A stretch of DNA of 64,000 nucleotides from Bacteroidota bacterium (GCA_030706745.1 JAUZNX010000014.1:9527-73526), one strand, 5' to 3'. Counted from the stretch's first letter, positions 51,101 to 61,192 are shown. Program-made: numbers and translations. The notes: a model not told the origin generated them from the sequence alone.

Positions 51101-51368
51101 AGACTCTGCCTGAGGGGCAGGAGGTCCGGGCCCATGTCAGCCCTAAATCTTGTGACTTCCAGACGTCACTCGCACCAGCCCAGACGATCCCCTGCTTATA
51201 AGTCATAGCGCCGCCGGCGAAAGAACTTGGCGATCGAAATAGCGGAGTAGCAGTCACCCGCTGCCACTGGGCGTGGATCGGCACTGCGAAAAAGAGCATA
51301 CTCAGCCCGAACGCGCACACGACAAGTGCGAACGCTCTCGGACTCACAGGAAGGGAACCTCGCTCCAT
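48108..51368 (-). CDS. Paralogous secreted BNR propeller + 5 Ig-like repeats + cohesin-like + T9SS domain protein
   Basis: Same architecture as the neighbour (QWQRVT, YYCGN.A.S..A.YTQT..GIIRS, DTIGG, PNPAS). Confidence 0.78.
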   Translation of the reverse strand: MERGSLPVSPRAFALVVCAFGLSMLFFAVPIHAQWQRVTATPLFRSPSSFAGGAMTYKQGIVWAGASDVWKSQDLGLTWARTSCPSGRVYNISFFDDSVGVVCMVDLGGLYLTTDQGTRWTNILRSTNVDDAAFGVTADTIVVTTYQGVQRTTDQGKTWSFSSASSEREPISSRDGIFYYKDNSRIFLSSDAGLTWGPQTGVADYDCHSWAFDSCDAGTIYLVNEALYWPTDSIAAMYVTHDLGATWQAVNSHRVNAATHTGYYCGNAASSRTAIYTQTNAGIIRSINKGQTWQNIGGPAGQPDQRLIAIAGDTVLLVADEDGKMWRKTDGIGTPYYGAPTLLTPTPLFANQALPECEGPFTRGFVIGHTCMGPHIVGWRIAGLNAALYSIKSLVYDSTSALDTFAVQFSPTGPGYYVDTVLLTYDDSTHIIVPLRSQVLTAPSPALLGDGHPLFQGARLDSCSVPLDSTIVIAYFCPQDSLRSVRILGLDSKDYQILSMVRDTERFLDSITLRFRQGAVRLNAASLEILYGDGTNITLALAGRTIQSPPIELLAPRDSLFSGTTLTPCDKPVSDTIIILAVCDRIMRSIQVAGRDSANYHILSINHNFSAELDTIVVGFTVAQPGGSAGKLVVEYDDSTIAIPLAGLGIPGPLPHALNPVTLFSTARVSYCDAPLDTFVVIDEGCRGRAVKSRMIEGVDSANYKICCFGRDSIRLYDTIRLSFWDSTIGPSHALLTVRYDDGASVQVPLGGSAIQLSPPVLASSRSTLFSTAKMYPCEEPVPDSCWVHVSCNKQQLASVKIIGKDTSNYRISGVIRDSLHGLDSVRLIFLPDSAGPSNASLVFTYADGASVTVALAGEGREVAPASVSLSDITDDTIGGTVYIPITIHHGPPLAALAFDLHFDTAQLAFLGLQMAKPGSPPPTFTLRSATDLRVTVDFTSDETDLVTVLYALFDWYPADSGGARVMLDTITTTATIPGCIVESNQQTDARLSGAVSCWSPFLVSQLRRGVMPDLFIRPNPASHLIELASNAPIDAIRISDALGRDVLRMAGSARTIDVSQFPAGLYYVQAQHGAWQTGRTLIIER

Positions 51369-51454
51369 TATGAGCTAGCCATGCGATTTACAGACACGGC
51401 TTACGCCGGAATTGTTACCACACCATAATAACCTCGATCCGGGCGATTTGTTAC

Positions 51455-51486
51455 AAAAGAAAAAGGGCGGGTAACCCCGCCCTCTT
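51455..51486 (-). terminator. Rho-independent terminator
   Basis: AGGGCGGG-TAAC-CCCGCCCT hairpin with an A-run on its left (U-tract on the minus strand). Confidence 0.75.
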
Positions 51487-51521
51487 AAAATCGCGGCTAT
51501 TTCCTGCCACAGTTGGGCATA

Positions 51522-54263
51522 CTATCTCTCGATCACAAGCTGCTTCGAAGTGCGGAAGGGCTGGCCAGCCAAGTCCACACCTGTCACGCGGACAATGTAA
51601 GCGCCATTCGGAAGCGAAGTCCCCGCTGCATCACGGGTATCCCAATTGAAGGACGTATTCCCATGCAATGTTTCGAGTACGTTACCGAGCATATCGAATA
51701 TCTCGACATTTGCGCTCCGCGCCTGATCGAGTTGAATCGCGACACGATCCGACGTTGGGTTTGGCATAATCGCGAGGTTGATCGTAGCCGGGTCGATCGT
51801 TTCTATCACCCCGGCCGCGGCCGCGGCGACGGACTGAAGTTGGAAGGTCTGCGGCTGAATCGATTGGTTCGTCGCAACAAACATGGGGTCTGTCGCTGTC
51901 GCGCCAGATGGCGGATCGTTGCAGACCTGCACCATCGCCGGCAATGAGCTTCCAGGCGTGATCGTGACCGGAAAACTGCTCGCGTTCATAAGAGTGAAGT
52001 TCGTACTCTGTCCCAGAATGACCTGGTTCACTACGATCGAAGCCGATGTTGTATTGACGAGCATGATCGTATCGATCACGCAGGCATTCCCGGTGTTATT
52101 TACGATACCGATGACTTTCGTCCCATTACCGGTCAGACCGGCACCGAGATCGATGTCCGATGTGTCACGATTCCCCAGCATTCCTGGTACAGCGACACCT
52201 TCGACATGAACAGTGATCGGTCCACAAGTCATCGCCGAGCCTGTCGCGTTCAATGTTATGTCCGCTCCGAAACTTGATCGGTCCGTGCCAGTAGTTGGAT
52301 TGAATGCAACCATAAGTTGAGCTGTCCCACCCGATTGAATGGTGATCGGGAGCGAGCTCGAAACCGAAAAAGCCGAGCTGCCAGAACCGCTGATGGAAGC
52401 TCCATTAATGGTGACGCTCCCATTAGTCCGGTTGGTCAGGAAAATCGCGGATGTATCAGTCCCACCTCTCAGAATAGGTCCGATCACGCCAGACTCATGA
52501 CGCACGAAGATGCAGTTCGTAAGTTCACCATTATTATGCAGACTATCTATTGCATTTGCGTCAATACTGATAGTGATCCTGCTCGGTCCGGTTGTACCGG
52601 TCGCAAAGAGCTCAAGCGTCGCACTCTGATTTTCCATTGCGACGGTAGGACTGAAGCATACGTTGACAAACGCCGTTGAATGCGCAGCCACTTGCAGCAT
52701 TGACGCACCGCTGACGGTAAATGACGATGCACTCGAGCCAGTGATCGCTGCGCTATCGATTGTGACTACTGAAGCTGTTGGATTCGAGATACGAACCGCC
52801 TGGCAGTCAGTTGTACCGACCAGCACGTTGTTGAACTCAATGTTCTGAGTCGTGAGGAAGAATATCGAATCCCCAAGATCGAGACGCCCTTCGACCGATC
52901 CGTTCAACTCCACTCTCTCGGTCCCTTTCAAAGTGGTATCCGTCACGCCGGCAAATTGGAACGTCAACGTGGCATGTTGCTCGCCGCTCGCAGTCGTTGG
53001 CGTGTAACAGACCGTTACGCTCGCCGAGGAATCAGCGGCCACCTGAAGTGAACCGCTTCCTGTGAGTCGGAAGTCATTTGAATCTCCGGTGATCGTCAAG
53101 TTCGAGATAGTGACCGCACCGGTCGTGTTATTCTTGATCGAAACCGGCAGGCATTCCGTCTGTCCAGCCTTGGTCTCGAATTCGATCTCATCGGCAACGC
53201 GAAGCGAACCTTCCACCGAAAGCATCGCATGACCGATCAATGACACCGTGGCAGTATCGCCCGTCAGTGACCGCACCAGCAAGGATCCATTCGCCGTACC
53301 GGCAGTGCTCGATTTGAAAATAATCGGTACCGTCGTGCTACCGTTGGCCAGAACAGTAACGTTCGTCAGATTCACGCTGAATGCGCTACTCCCGGAAGGT
53401 ACCAGCGCTAAGGATAAGAGATTGGCCGTTTGATTGGCAATTGTCAACATCTGGGTATCCGGAACGTCAACCTTGGTATTAAATACCAGCGACCCTGCAG
53501 GGGTCAGCAAGAATGAGACGCGCGCCAGCGAATGTCCAACGAGTGAAATACGCTGCGTATCGCCCGAAGAAGAAATCGCTGTGAGCGTTGCACTGTCGTA
53601 ACCGGAAACAAGCGGAGAAAATGAGACCACCGTTGAGGACGAGCCATCGCCGGCAATCGTCAGGGAATTCGGATTGACCGAAAAGAGCGCCGCTCCACTT
53701 CCAGAAAGAGCCAAGGATACTGTCGTCGCCGAAGCGCTCCGATTGCTGATGTTCAATGTGTCGGCCGTGCTACTGCTGACATGAGAAACGAGTGTTAACA
53801 GGCCAGCGGGCGTGATTTGGAGCATGCCGCCTGCCGAGATTGCATGTCCCATAAGAAGCACACTCGCCGAGTCAAGCGCGGAGGATACCACGTTCAGTTT
53901 GGCCGTATCCAACCCCGCGACGATCGGTGAGAACGTGATAGTCGCACTCTGCGACATATATGCGCCGATTGTCATATAGGACGACGACGTCGTAAAGAGC
54001 GCCGCACCGCTACCAGAATAGGCAAGCGTTAGCGCGAGCGAATATGCTGTATTGTTTTGAATGGTTATAGTCTTTGTTGCGGTCGCCCCAGTTTGCGCCG
54101 TGAAATCAATCTCGCTCGATGGTGAGAGCGAAAAGGATGTTGCTGCATTGGCCGCATCTGATAGCATCATCCCAGTTAAGACTAGAAGTGCCGTATTTGT
54201 GAATAAGAGAAGAGTCTTGCATTTTGTAATAATACCCATAGACTTCATAGAAAAAAGTGGCAA
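51522..54263 (-). CDS. Secreted protein of tandem ASH/choice-of-anchor-D Ig-like domains with T9SS domain
   Basis: About seven ~100-aa repeats (I.N.T...L.I...GSG...F......F.P); MPNPT..FDMLG..WD.RD..G..LPNGAY. Confidence 0.8.
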   Translation of the reverse strand: MPLFSMKSMGIITKCKTLLLFTNTALLVLTGMMLSDAANAATSFSLSPSSEIDFTAQTGATATKTITIQNNTAYSLALTLAYSGSGAALFTTSSSYMTIGAYMSQSATITFSPIVAGLDTAKLNVVSSALDSASVLLMGHAISAGGMLQITPAGLLTLVSHVSSSTADTLNISNRSASATTVSLALSGSGAALFSVNPNSLTIAGDGSSSTVVSFSPLVSGYDSATLTAISSSGDTQRISLVGHSLARVSFLLTPAGSLVFNTKVDVPDTQMLTIANQTANLLSLALVPSGSSAFSVNLTNVTVLANGSTTVPIIFKSSTAGTANGSLLVRSLTGDTATVSLIGHAMLSVEGSLRVADEIEFETKAGQTECLPVSIKNNTTGAVTISNLTITGDSNDFRLTGSGSLQVAADSSASVTVCYTPTTASGEQHATLTFQFAGVTDTTLKGTERVELNGSVEGRLDLGDSIFFLTTQNIEFNNVLVGTTDCQAVRISNPTASVVTIDSAAITGSSASSFTVSGASMLQVAAHSTAFVNVCFSPTVAMENQSATLELFATGTTGPSRITISIDANAIDSLHNNGELTNCIFVRHESGVIGPILRGGTDTSAIFLTNRTNGSVTINGASISGSGSSAFSVSSSLPITIQSGGTAQLMVAFNPTTGTDRSSFGADITLNATGSAMTCGPITVHVEGVAVPGMLGNRDTSDIDLGAGLTGNGTKVIGIVNNTGNACVIDTIMLVNTTSASIVVNQVILGQSTNFTLMNASSFPVTITPGSSLPAMVQVCNDPPSGATATDPMFVATNQSIQPQTFQLQSVAAAAAGVIETIDPATINLAIMPNPTSDRVAIQLDQARSANVEIFDMLGNVLETLHGNTSFNWDTRDAAGTSLPNGAYIVRVTGVDLAGQPFRTSKQLVIER

Positions 54264-54308
54264 ATTTACCCTCGACGTGAAGGCCCATTAATACTACGCT
54301 CACCGTAT

Positions 54309-54323
54309 GCCGAAAAAGTGCCA
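54309..54323 (-). promoter_or_regulatory. Possible sigma54 (-24/-12) promoter
   Basis: TGGCAC-TTTTT-CGGC on the minus strand, with GG and GC 12 bp apart, upstream of the 54263 gene. Confidence 0.4.
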
Positions 54324-54455
54324 AACGCAGATGGATCGGATTGTTTTCATTTGGTCAAGTATAAAGGACATTCGTAAAGGCAACTTTGCGGAGCAGTTTT
54401 CGTATATGGGCTGGCATCCTTCCCCTTCTGCGTATTTTTGCACAAACAATTTGAA

Positions 54456-56909
54456 ATGACTATGGCCCAATCGACGAACGGTGTGAACCTGCCAGTTGTA
54501 CAGGCATCTACAAAGATGCCGCCCTTCCAGTTAGCGGCGCAAGCAGTAGACATGTCCGAGATCCGCGCGAACCGTCGCGCAATGGCTGTCGAGACTACGC
54601 CCGCGATGGTCGAGCGAGTTTACCAAAGTTCCGAGAAGAACATCGCGGCTGTTCGGACGAAGTTGAAACGGCCACTTACGCTTGGCGAAAAGATTGTCTT
54701 CGGGCATCTTGCCGATCCCGAAACGCAATCACTCGAACGCGGCAAAAGCTTCTTGCGCCTCATGGTCGATCGGGTCATTATGCAGGACGCGACGGCACAA
54801 ATGGCAATTCTTCAGTTTATGCAGGCCGGCAAGTTCGAATCTGCTGTTCCCGCAAGCGTCCACTGCGACCATCTCATTCAGGCCTATGAAGGCTCGGCTC
54901 CCGATCTTGGTCGCGCACTGGATTCGAACAGCGAAGTCTACAACTTTTTGAAATCCGCCTGCTCTAAATACGGCATTGGATTTTGGGGTCCTGGTTCTGG
55001 CATTATCCATCAGGTAGTGCTCGAAAACTACGCATTCCCCGGCGGGCTCATTATCGGCAGCGATTCACATACGCCAAACATGGGCGGCCTCTCGATGGTC
55101 GCCATCGGGGTTGGCGGCGCAGATACCGTTGATGCCATGGCCGGATTTGCCTGGGAAGTGCTCAATCCGAAACTGGTCGGCGTTCGACTTACTGGAGAAC
55201 TCAGTGGCTGGGCTGCGCCGAAGGACATCATCCTTCATGTCGCCGGAAAGCTCACTGTCAAAGGCGGCACCAACCGAATCATCGAATATTTCGGACCGGG
55301 CTGTGCCACGCTTTCGACAACTGGCAAGGCGACGGTTACCAACATGGGTGCGGAGATCGGTGCAACGACTTCAGTCTTCCCCTTCGATCAAAATGCTGTT
55401 CATTACCTAAATGCAACGTCTCGTGAGGAATTAGGGCAACTCGCGATTAAATACGCTCACTTGCTCGTAGCGGATCCGGAAGTCGAACGCGAGCCAGAGA
55501 AATACTTCGACGAAATCCTGGAGATCAATCTCTCGGAACTCGAGCCGCTCATCAACGGACCATTCACGCCCGATCTCGCACGGCCGGTTTCACAACTCGC
55601 CAAGGATGCGAAGGAGAATGATTATCCAGCAAAAGTGTCTGTCACGCTGGTTGGCTCCTGCACCAATTCAAGCTATGAGGACCTCTCCCGTGCGGCAAAG
55701 ATTGCCGAGCAAGCGCGAGCCGTAGGCGCTCGTGTTAAGATGCCCTTCTTCATCAATCCTGGCTCGGCGCAGATTCGCGAGACAATCGAACGCGATGGGC
55801 AACTCGAAATGCTCGAAGCTATTGGCGGTGAGGTAATGGCAAATGCCTGTGGACCTTGCATTGGGCAGTGGAAGCGCGATGACATCAAGAAGGGCGACCG
55901 CAACACGATCATCTCTTCGTACAATCGAAATTTTCCCGGCCGAAACGACGCCAATCCCGCAACGCTCGCATTCGTGGCAAGCCCGGAGGTCGTGATTGCT
56001 TATGCCCTTGCTGGTGATCTCTCGGTAAATCCGTTGAAGGACGAACTCACCGCGGAAGGCGGTAAGAAGTATCGACTTACTCCGCCGCCGAAAGTCGAGG
56101 CGTTGCCCGCACTTGGCTATGCTGGCCGCAGAAAGGGATACATGCCGCCTGCACTCGATCCGAGCAACGTATCCGTGACTGTGCCCGGGGCTAGCGAGCG
56201 CCTTCAGATTCTACAGCCATTTCGGCCAATGGTCGATGCTGAGACGACGAACTTGCCGGTCTTGATCAAAACCAAAGGGAAAACGACGACCGACCATATC
56301 TCGCCCGCCGGGACGTGGCTTCGTTTCCGCGGACATCTCGATAAGATCTCGGATAACATGCTGACTGGAGCCATCAATGCATGGACAGGCGAGACGGGTA
56401 CGACGACGAACATGTATACCCACGAGAAGAGCCTTCCTGTACCACAGGTCGCGCGTGATTACAAAGCCCGCGGTAAGCGGTGGATCGTGATCGGCGATGA
56501 GAACTATGGTGAGGGTTCAAGTCGGGAACATGCGGCGATGTCACCCCGATATCTCGGCTGCCTGGCCGTCGTTGCGAGAAGCTTCGCCCGCATTCACGAG
56601 TCCAACCTAAAGAAGCAGGGCATTTTGCCTCTGACTTTCATCGATCCAAAAGATTATGACAAGATCAAGGAAGGCGATACTGTTTCGTTCGAGTATCTCA
56701 AGGAGTTGGATCCAGTCCGCACGGTCAACATGAAAGTGGCGCACAAGGATGGCACCTCTGAAGTGATTGCACTCGCACACACGATGAACATGGAACATAT
56801 CGCTTGGTTCGAAGCCGGAAGCGCTCTGAATCTCATTCGCCTGCATTCTGGCGAATCATCGCTCTCGGCAGGCGTGAAGGAAGCGCCGCCAGAACCGGTG
56901 GAGGCGTAA
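54456..56909 (+). CDS. Aconitate hydratase (mitochondrial-like bacterial type)
   Basis: MQDATAQMA, HCDHL, GIIHQV.LEN, DSHTPN, GSCTNSSY, NACGPCIGQW, SYNRNF, TTDHISPAG, GEGSSREHAA, SFARIH; TATTTTTG at 54433. Start uncertain. Confidence 0.95.
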   Translation: MTMAQSTNGVNLPVVQASTKMPPFQLAAQAVDMSEIRANRRAMAVETTPAMVERVYQSSEKNIAAVRTKLKRPLTLGEKIVFGHLADPETQSLERGKSFLRLMVDRVIMQDATAQMAILQFMQAGKFESAVPASVHCDHLIQAYEGSAPDLGRALDSNSEVYNFLKSACSKYGIGFWGPGSGIIHQVVLENYAFPGGLIIGSDSHTPNMGGLSMVAIGVGGADTVDAMAGFAWEVLNPKLVGVRLTGELSGWAAPKDIILHVAGKLTVKGGTNRIIEYFGPGCATLSTTGKATVTNMGAEIGATTSVFPFDQNAVHYLNATSREELGQLAIKYAHLLVADPEVEREPEKYFDEILEINLSELEPLINGPFTPDLARPVSQLAKDAKENDYPAKVSVTLVGSCTNSSYEDLSRAAKIAEQARAVGARVKMPFFINPGSAQIRETIERDGQLEMLEAIGGEVMANACGPCIGQWKRDDIKKGDRNTIISSYNRNFPGRNDANPATLAFVASPEVVIAYALAGDLSVNPLKDELTAEGGKKYRLTPPPKVEALPALGYAGRRKGYMPPALDPSNVSVTVPGASERLQILQPFRPMVDAETTNLPVLIKTKGKTTTDHISPAGTWLRFRGHLDKISDNMLTGAINAWTGETGTTTNMYTHEKSLPVPQVARDYKARGKRWIVIGDENYGEGSSREHAAMSPRYLGCLAVVARSFARIHESNLKKQGILPLTFIDPKDYDKIKEGDTVSFEYLKELDPVRTVNMKVAHKDGTSEVIALAHTMNMEHIAWFEAGSALNLIRLHSGESSLSAGVKEAPPEPVEA

Positions 56910-56968
56910 GAACGCGCAACGCAGTCCTAGTTCGGACTACCGCAAAGTTCAGACTGGATCAAAGAGCA

Positions 56969-56989
56969 GGGACGTGCGAAGCACGTCCC
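56969..56989. terminator. Hairpin between convergent genes
   Basis: GGGACGTGC-GAA-GCACGTCCC. Confidence 0.5.
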
Positions 56990-57009
56990 AACAGCCGCCG
57001 TGATCTCCC

Positions 57010-57651
57010 TTACTTTGCGTACCCGACTGACTGCGCAAACAAGACGTGCTGTCCGGGATGCAATCCGAGGCTCTGTTCAAGACCCTTGCGATCGCAGTTG
57101 TGGAACCAGGCCGCGAGCCCATGCGATGCGGCATAGAGATAAACGTTGCCCGCGATGAGACCGGTCGTCACATAGCAGTATGCATTCTGCATGTCAGGAT
57201 CGAGCAGCCCTGGCTCCTGAAATCCCGGCGTGTGAGTCAGGCGATCAATGTCTGCAACGTAGATCAGTTGGACGGGAGCGTTCGCCTGAATGCCGCGTTG
57301 TCCCGGGGTCATAACACCGGCTCGCAAGTCGCCCTCAATAATGGGTTTCAAGAGATTGTGAACCGCATCGTAGAGATACACGCCATCCTCGAACGCCACG
57401 TAAAGATCGACTTCCTGCGAGTTGCTGGCTGAAGCAGCCGTCCGTCCATAAACGCCGAACGGACCGGTGACGCGGTTCACCCCCCAGGCAGCCCACAAGA
57501 GATTTGAAATCATCTGAATTGGTAAGGGCGACGAACTGATTAGCCGTATCGTTTCTCGCCGCCGGAGAGCCTCGAACACCGAAAGGCCTCCTTCATCCAC
57601 AGGCGCCGGAAGTTGAATCTCTGTCAAAGTCTGGGTTAATATGTCACTCAT
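57010..57651 (-). CDS. Nitroreductase family (SagB/ThcOx-like) protein
   Basis: I.LP.P, EAL.RR.T.R, LLWAAWG, RTAASASN.Q, NVYLYAAS.GL, QSVGY. Confidence 0.87.
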   Translation of the reverse strand: MSDILTQTLTEIQLPAPVDEGGLSVFEALRRRETIRLISSSPLPIQMISNLLWAAWGVNRVTGPFGVYGRTAASASNSQEVDLYVAFEDGVYLYDAVHNLLKPIIEGDLRAGVMTPGQRGIQANAPVQLIYVADIDRLTHTPGFQEPGLLDPDMQNAYCYVTTGLIAGNVYLYAASHGLAAWFHNCDRKGLEQSLGLHPGQHVLFAQSVGYAK

Positions 57652-58131
57652 GGTCGAGATATGAGAATTCTGTAAATAGGTGAGATGAAGCTGCTGATGC
57701 ACAGTGGAAGAAACATGCCATCCTACGGTTAGCAGTGAATTCGGCGTAGCGGGTGCAGAATGCCATCGTTTCAATAGTGCCGAATGTTAAAATAGTTATT
57801 GACAGGCGTTAGATACTGTTCGCAAACGCTTCGCACGAATTCTTCCGGATGCTCTGATCGGCGGCTTGAGAGTCCGCAACCCGCGAAGGCCCCACAAAAG
57901 CAGGCGGCTGCATTGATTACTTGAGGAGGACAAGTGACGTTATTCAACCTTTTCTGCGCGTCTGCCGCGTGGAAATCGTCATAGGAACATGAAAAAGTTT
58001 ACGATCCCTTACTCATGAGTCGTTAATTTTCTTCTCTTTCGTAAAGATTACTAACGACCCTTTGAAATCTTTCTCGAATGGATTCAACGATTTGCACTTG
58101 GATTCGCGGATTGCTGCCTCAAAACCCCGGT

Positions 58132-58146
58132 TGGCATAGAGAATGC
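58132..58146 (+). promoter_or_regulatory. Possible sigma54 (-24/-12) promoter
   Basis: TGGCAT-AGAGA-ATGC, ending 58 nt before ATG 58205. Confidence 0.5.
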
Positions 58147-58204
58147 CATCTCAACTGAGTTCGATGTTGCGACTTTAGTCAAGTTCTCCGTCAGTTTTAC
58201 GTCC

Positions 58205-58990
58205 ATGACCTACCGAATCAATCAGTACCGCGAAGTTGTGATAGTGGCGTTGCTTGCTATTCTATTTTGTGGAGACAGCCCGTCTCCCGGCGTGCTGACT
58301 CTTAGACCAATGCTTGCGCCAACTGGCAGCATTCGTGGACGTGTCACATTCAACGGTCCGCTTCCCCAGCTCGCCACAGCAAAGTGCATCACTCCGGAAG
58401 TATGTGGAAGAACTCACACCTATGATCGTCTGCTTGTAGGCAAGGACAAAGGCGTTCGGTATTCGTTGATCTATCTTAAGAACCCACCCCTCGGCCGCAC
58501 CTCACCAGGGCAGCCGCGGATCACCCAATCGAATTGCTCGTTCCAGCCGCATATGATTGTCGCTGCACGTGGCTCCTCGATCATCTTTCAAAACGACGAT
58601 CCTGTTCTGCACAATTGCCACGCATATAGCTTCATCGGTTCGGACCGCTCCACTGCATTCAATATCGCCCAACCGACGAAAGGCCAGCAAAGCGTCGAGC
58701 AACTCCGGAAGCCCGGCATGCTCAATATCGAGTGTGATGCGGGACATACTTGGATGTCCGCATGGGTCTGGGTTACCGATAGTCCGTTCGCCGTTGTATC
58801 CGATGAGCATGGGGAATTCAGTCTGGATGGTATCCCACCCGGCACCTATACTGTCGTGATGTGGCATGAGGGCTGGAACACGAGCGGCATGCAGGATGGT
58901 CGCGCTGTCTTCTCTGCGCCTACACTTCAGGAGCGTCAGATCGTCGTTACCGCTGGAGGCGCATCGAATGCCGACTTCCTATTACAATAA
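58205..58990 (+). CDS. Cupredoxin-like / carboxypeptidase-regulatory-like exported protein
   Basis: Q.NC.F.PH, N.DP.LHN.H, CDAGHTWM (Cys/His/Met), G.F.L.GIPPGTYT...WHE. Confidence 0.75.
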   Translation: MTYRINQYREVVIVALLAILFCGDSPSPGVLTLRPMLAPTGSIRGRVTFNGPLPQLATAKCITPEVCGRTHTYDRLLVGKDKGVRYSLIYLKNPPLGRTSPGQPRITQSNCSFQPHMIVAARGSSIIFQNDDPVLHNCHAYSFIGSDRSTAFNIAQPTKGQQSVEQLRKPGMLNIECDAGHTWMSAWVWVTDSPFAVVSDEHGEFSLDGIPPGTYTVVMWHEGWNTSGMQDGRAVFSAPTLQERQIVVTAGGASNADFLLQ

Positions 58991-59014
58991 GATCTCGTTA
59001 CACTAAGAACTCGC

Positions 59015-60340
59015 ATGGTGCAAACAACCACAGGGCGGGCGTATATTCTTATCGCTTCCGGCTTCGTACTTCTGTACTCGATCATCGGACCATCAAAGGT
59101 TCATGCTAATCCCGTCTTCGCCCGGCAATACAATACATCGTGCTTTACATGTCATACCTCGCCACCATTGCTCAACGAGTTTGGTCGTCGCTTCCAGGCG
59201 AATGGCTATCAATTGCCAAGTACGAGCGATAAGATTGCAGAAGCCGCACGGTCCACATTCCCACTCGGTCTCGTGGTAACACCGATGGTGAGTCGCTCTC
59301 AGGTCGAGGACCATTTGACTGGAATACAAAGCGAACCAACCACATCTTTCGGCGGAATCATGATGCGGTTTTTCAGCTCCGCTTCGCTCGGATCTCACTT
59401 TTCCTATTATGCCGGCATACCCGTCACCGTGGCAAATGGCGAGACGAGCATTGAGATTGAAACCATCCATCTGCTCTATACCGATGCGCTCGCCGATGGC
59501 CGGGGCACGCTGAATTTCCAGTTCGGCAAGTTTCTTCTATTCGCCCCGTTCACGCCCATGTTCCTGCTCTCCGGAGAGGATCCCATCGTGTACAATAGCA
59601 TGCATTACAACCCGCTTGGCGAGCGAACGACGGCCAACACGCTCTATCTAACCGACCCCATGTTTGGCGTCAGCGCGTTTGGCACAATTTACACCATCGG
59701 TCAAGGACTTCGCTGGCAAGTTGGAATGGTCGGCGGAAACAATAGCGATGTGGATCTGGCTTCAGCGCGCGCCGTGTTCGGCTCGCTCGATCAAACTGTG
59801 TTCCTGCAAAACGCGCCTGCCAGAGTTGGGGCATTCTTTTTCTCAGGATTTCAGGATGTATCGAATTCTGCGGCGGAAACATCGAGCACCATGGCCGGAA
59901 TGCCGGGGATGGGTGGTGGAACAAGTGCCGCACTGGCGAATCCCTGGCGGAATCACGTCACACGAGTGGGATTCGATGCGGAAATCACGGACCCATGGAC
60001 AAAGCGGATCAACCTCTTTGGCGAGTTCATGACAGGACTCGACGATAACATCGATAGCCTGGGAACAAGCTATGAAATGCGCGGCGGGTTCGTCGGCATG
60101 AACGTTATTCTCTTGCCAGAAAAGCTCTTTGCGTACGGCCGGTACGATTGGATGCAGCGACTCACGGTTGCCGAAGATCACACGGCAATCGACGTAGGAC
60201 TGCGATATCACTTTCTTCCGAATGTAGTAGCGACTGGCGGCGTGACAATCACGAAAGAGAATATCACACAGACGGCGTATCAAATGCGGCTCGATCAGAC
60301 GACAACGACGTACCGCGCTGGTTTCTTATTTGGATTCTAA
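59015..60340 (+). CDS. Cyc2-like fused monoheme cytochrome c - porin
   Basis: After the signal peptide: NPVFARQYNTSCFTCHTSPPLLNEFGRRFQANGY; beta-strand-rich body; C-terminal Phe. Confidence 0.8.
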   Translation: MVQTTTGRAYILIASGFVLLYSIIGPSKVHANPVFARQYNTSCFTCHTSPPLLNEFGRRFQANGYQLPSTSDKIAEAARSTFPLGLVVTPMVSRSQVEDHLTGIQSEPTTSFGGIMMRFFSSASLGSHFSYYAGIPVTVANGETSIEIETIHLLYTDALADGRGTLNFQFGKFLLFAPFTPMFLLSGEDPIVYNSMHYNPLGERTTANTLYLTDPMFGVSAFGTIYTIGQGLRWQVGMVGGNNSDVDLASARAVFGSLDQTVFLQNAPARVGAFFFSGFQDVSNSAAETSSTMAGMPGMGGGTSAALANPWRNHVTRVGFDAEITDPWTKRINLFGEFMTGLDDNIDSLGTSYEMRGGFVGMNVILLPEKLFAYGRYDWMQRLTVAEDHTAIDVGLRYHFLPNVVATGGVTITKENITQTAYQMRLDQTTTTYRAGFLFGF

Positions 60341-60350
60341 TCCGAACAGC

Positions 60351-61124
60351 ATGTTGCTTCAAACTATAACTACTACCTGCGCGGTCGGCATTATTGCGGC
60401 CACGATGAAGCTAAGTCCATTCGGACTCGGTCCGGCAAGCAACGCTCCGGCCTCCAATCCGTCCGAGACGATCGCTCGTGGCAAGACTGTGTTCGACATT
60501 GCCTGTTCGCCCTGTCACGGCCTCGATGGTGCAGGCGATGGTCCGCTGTCGGCCAACATGCGCACGAGACCGAGAGACCTCACAAAAGGGGTCTATAAGA
60601 GCCGATCGACCGCCAGCGGTCAGTTGCCAACAGACGAGGATCTGGATCGATCGATCATGACCGGCGTGCACTTTAGCACGATGCCAGCCTTTCGCATGTC
60701 CCCGACCGATTGTGACGCCGTCATTCAGTACCTGAAGACTCTCTCTCCGCGCTTCTCGGATTCTACTGAGTATCCGCTGGAAGTGTTGACATTCGGCCAA
60801 ATGATCCTCCCCAGCACGCAAAGCATCGAACGAGGCCGCGCGGTCTACGTCAAGATGCAGTGCGAAAGCTGTCACGGAGCTGCCGGCAAGGGCGATGGAG
60901 TCTCTGCTGAAATCCAACACGATGACTTCGGCAGTTTCGTCCACACAACGGACCTCACGAACGTTTCCGATTTCAAATTCGCACAGTCTGCCCAAGACGT
61001 CTATCGCATTTTTTCGACCGGTCTGAACGGCGTTGCCATGCCATCCTATGCCTCGACGCTCCCAGACACCGACCGCTGGCACCTTGCCAACTACGTATGG
61101 AACCTGCACGGCATCGAGCATTAA
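60351..61124 (+). CDS. Diheme cytochrome c
   Basis: CSPCH...MPAF and CESCH...MPSY. Confidence 0.9.
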   Translation: MLLQTITTTCAVGIIAATMKLSPFGLGPASNAPASNPSETIARGKTVFDIACSPCHGLDGAGDGPLSANMRTRPRDLTKGVYKSRSTASGQLPTDEDLDRSIMTGVHFSTMPAFRMSPTDCDAVIQYLKTLSPRFSDSTEYPLEVLTFGQMILPSTQSIERGRAVYVKMQCESCHGAAGKGDGVSAEIQHDDFGSFVHTTDLTNVSDFKFAQSAQDVYRIFSTGLNGVAMPSYASTLPDTDRWHLANYVWNLHGIEH

Positions 61125-61192
61125 GTGCAGCATTCTGAAATTTTGTTCGTAGATTTGCATTAAGTTGGTTTTTTGGATTTAGAGATCATCTT

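Noticed and set aside
57010..57651. SagB-like protein as part of a RiPP (azole) cluster
   Set aside because: No YcaO, precursor peptide or transporter nearby; a stand-alone nitroreductase is more likely.
57780..58130. Possible riboswitch or sRNA in the divergent intergenic region
   Set aside because: No recognisable aptamer consensus or strong stem; an Rfam search would be needed.
60411..61160. Long antisense ORFs (also 19727-20500, 5986-6693, 3114-3698)
   Set aside because: They are shadows of well-supported genes on the opposite strand, with no motifs.
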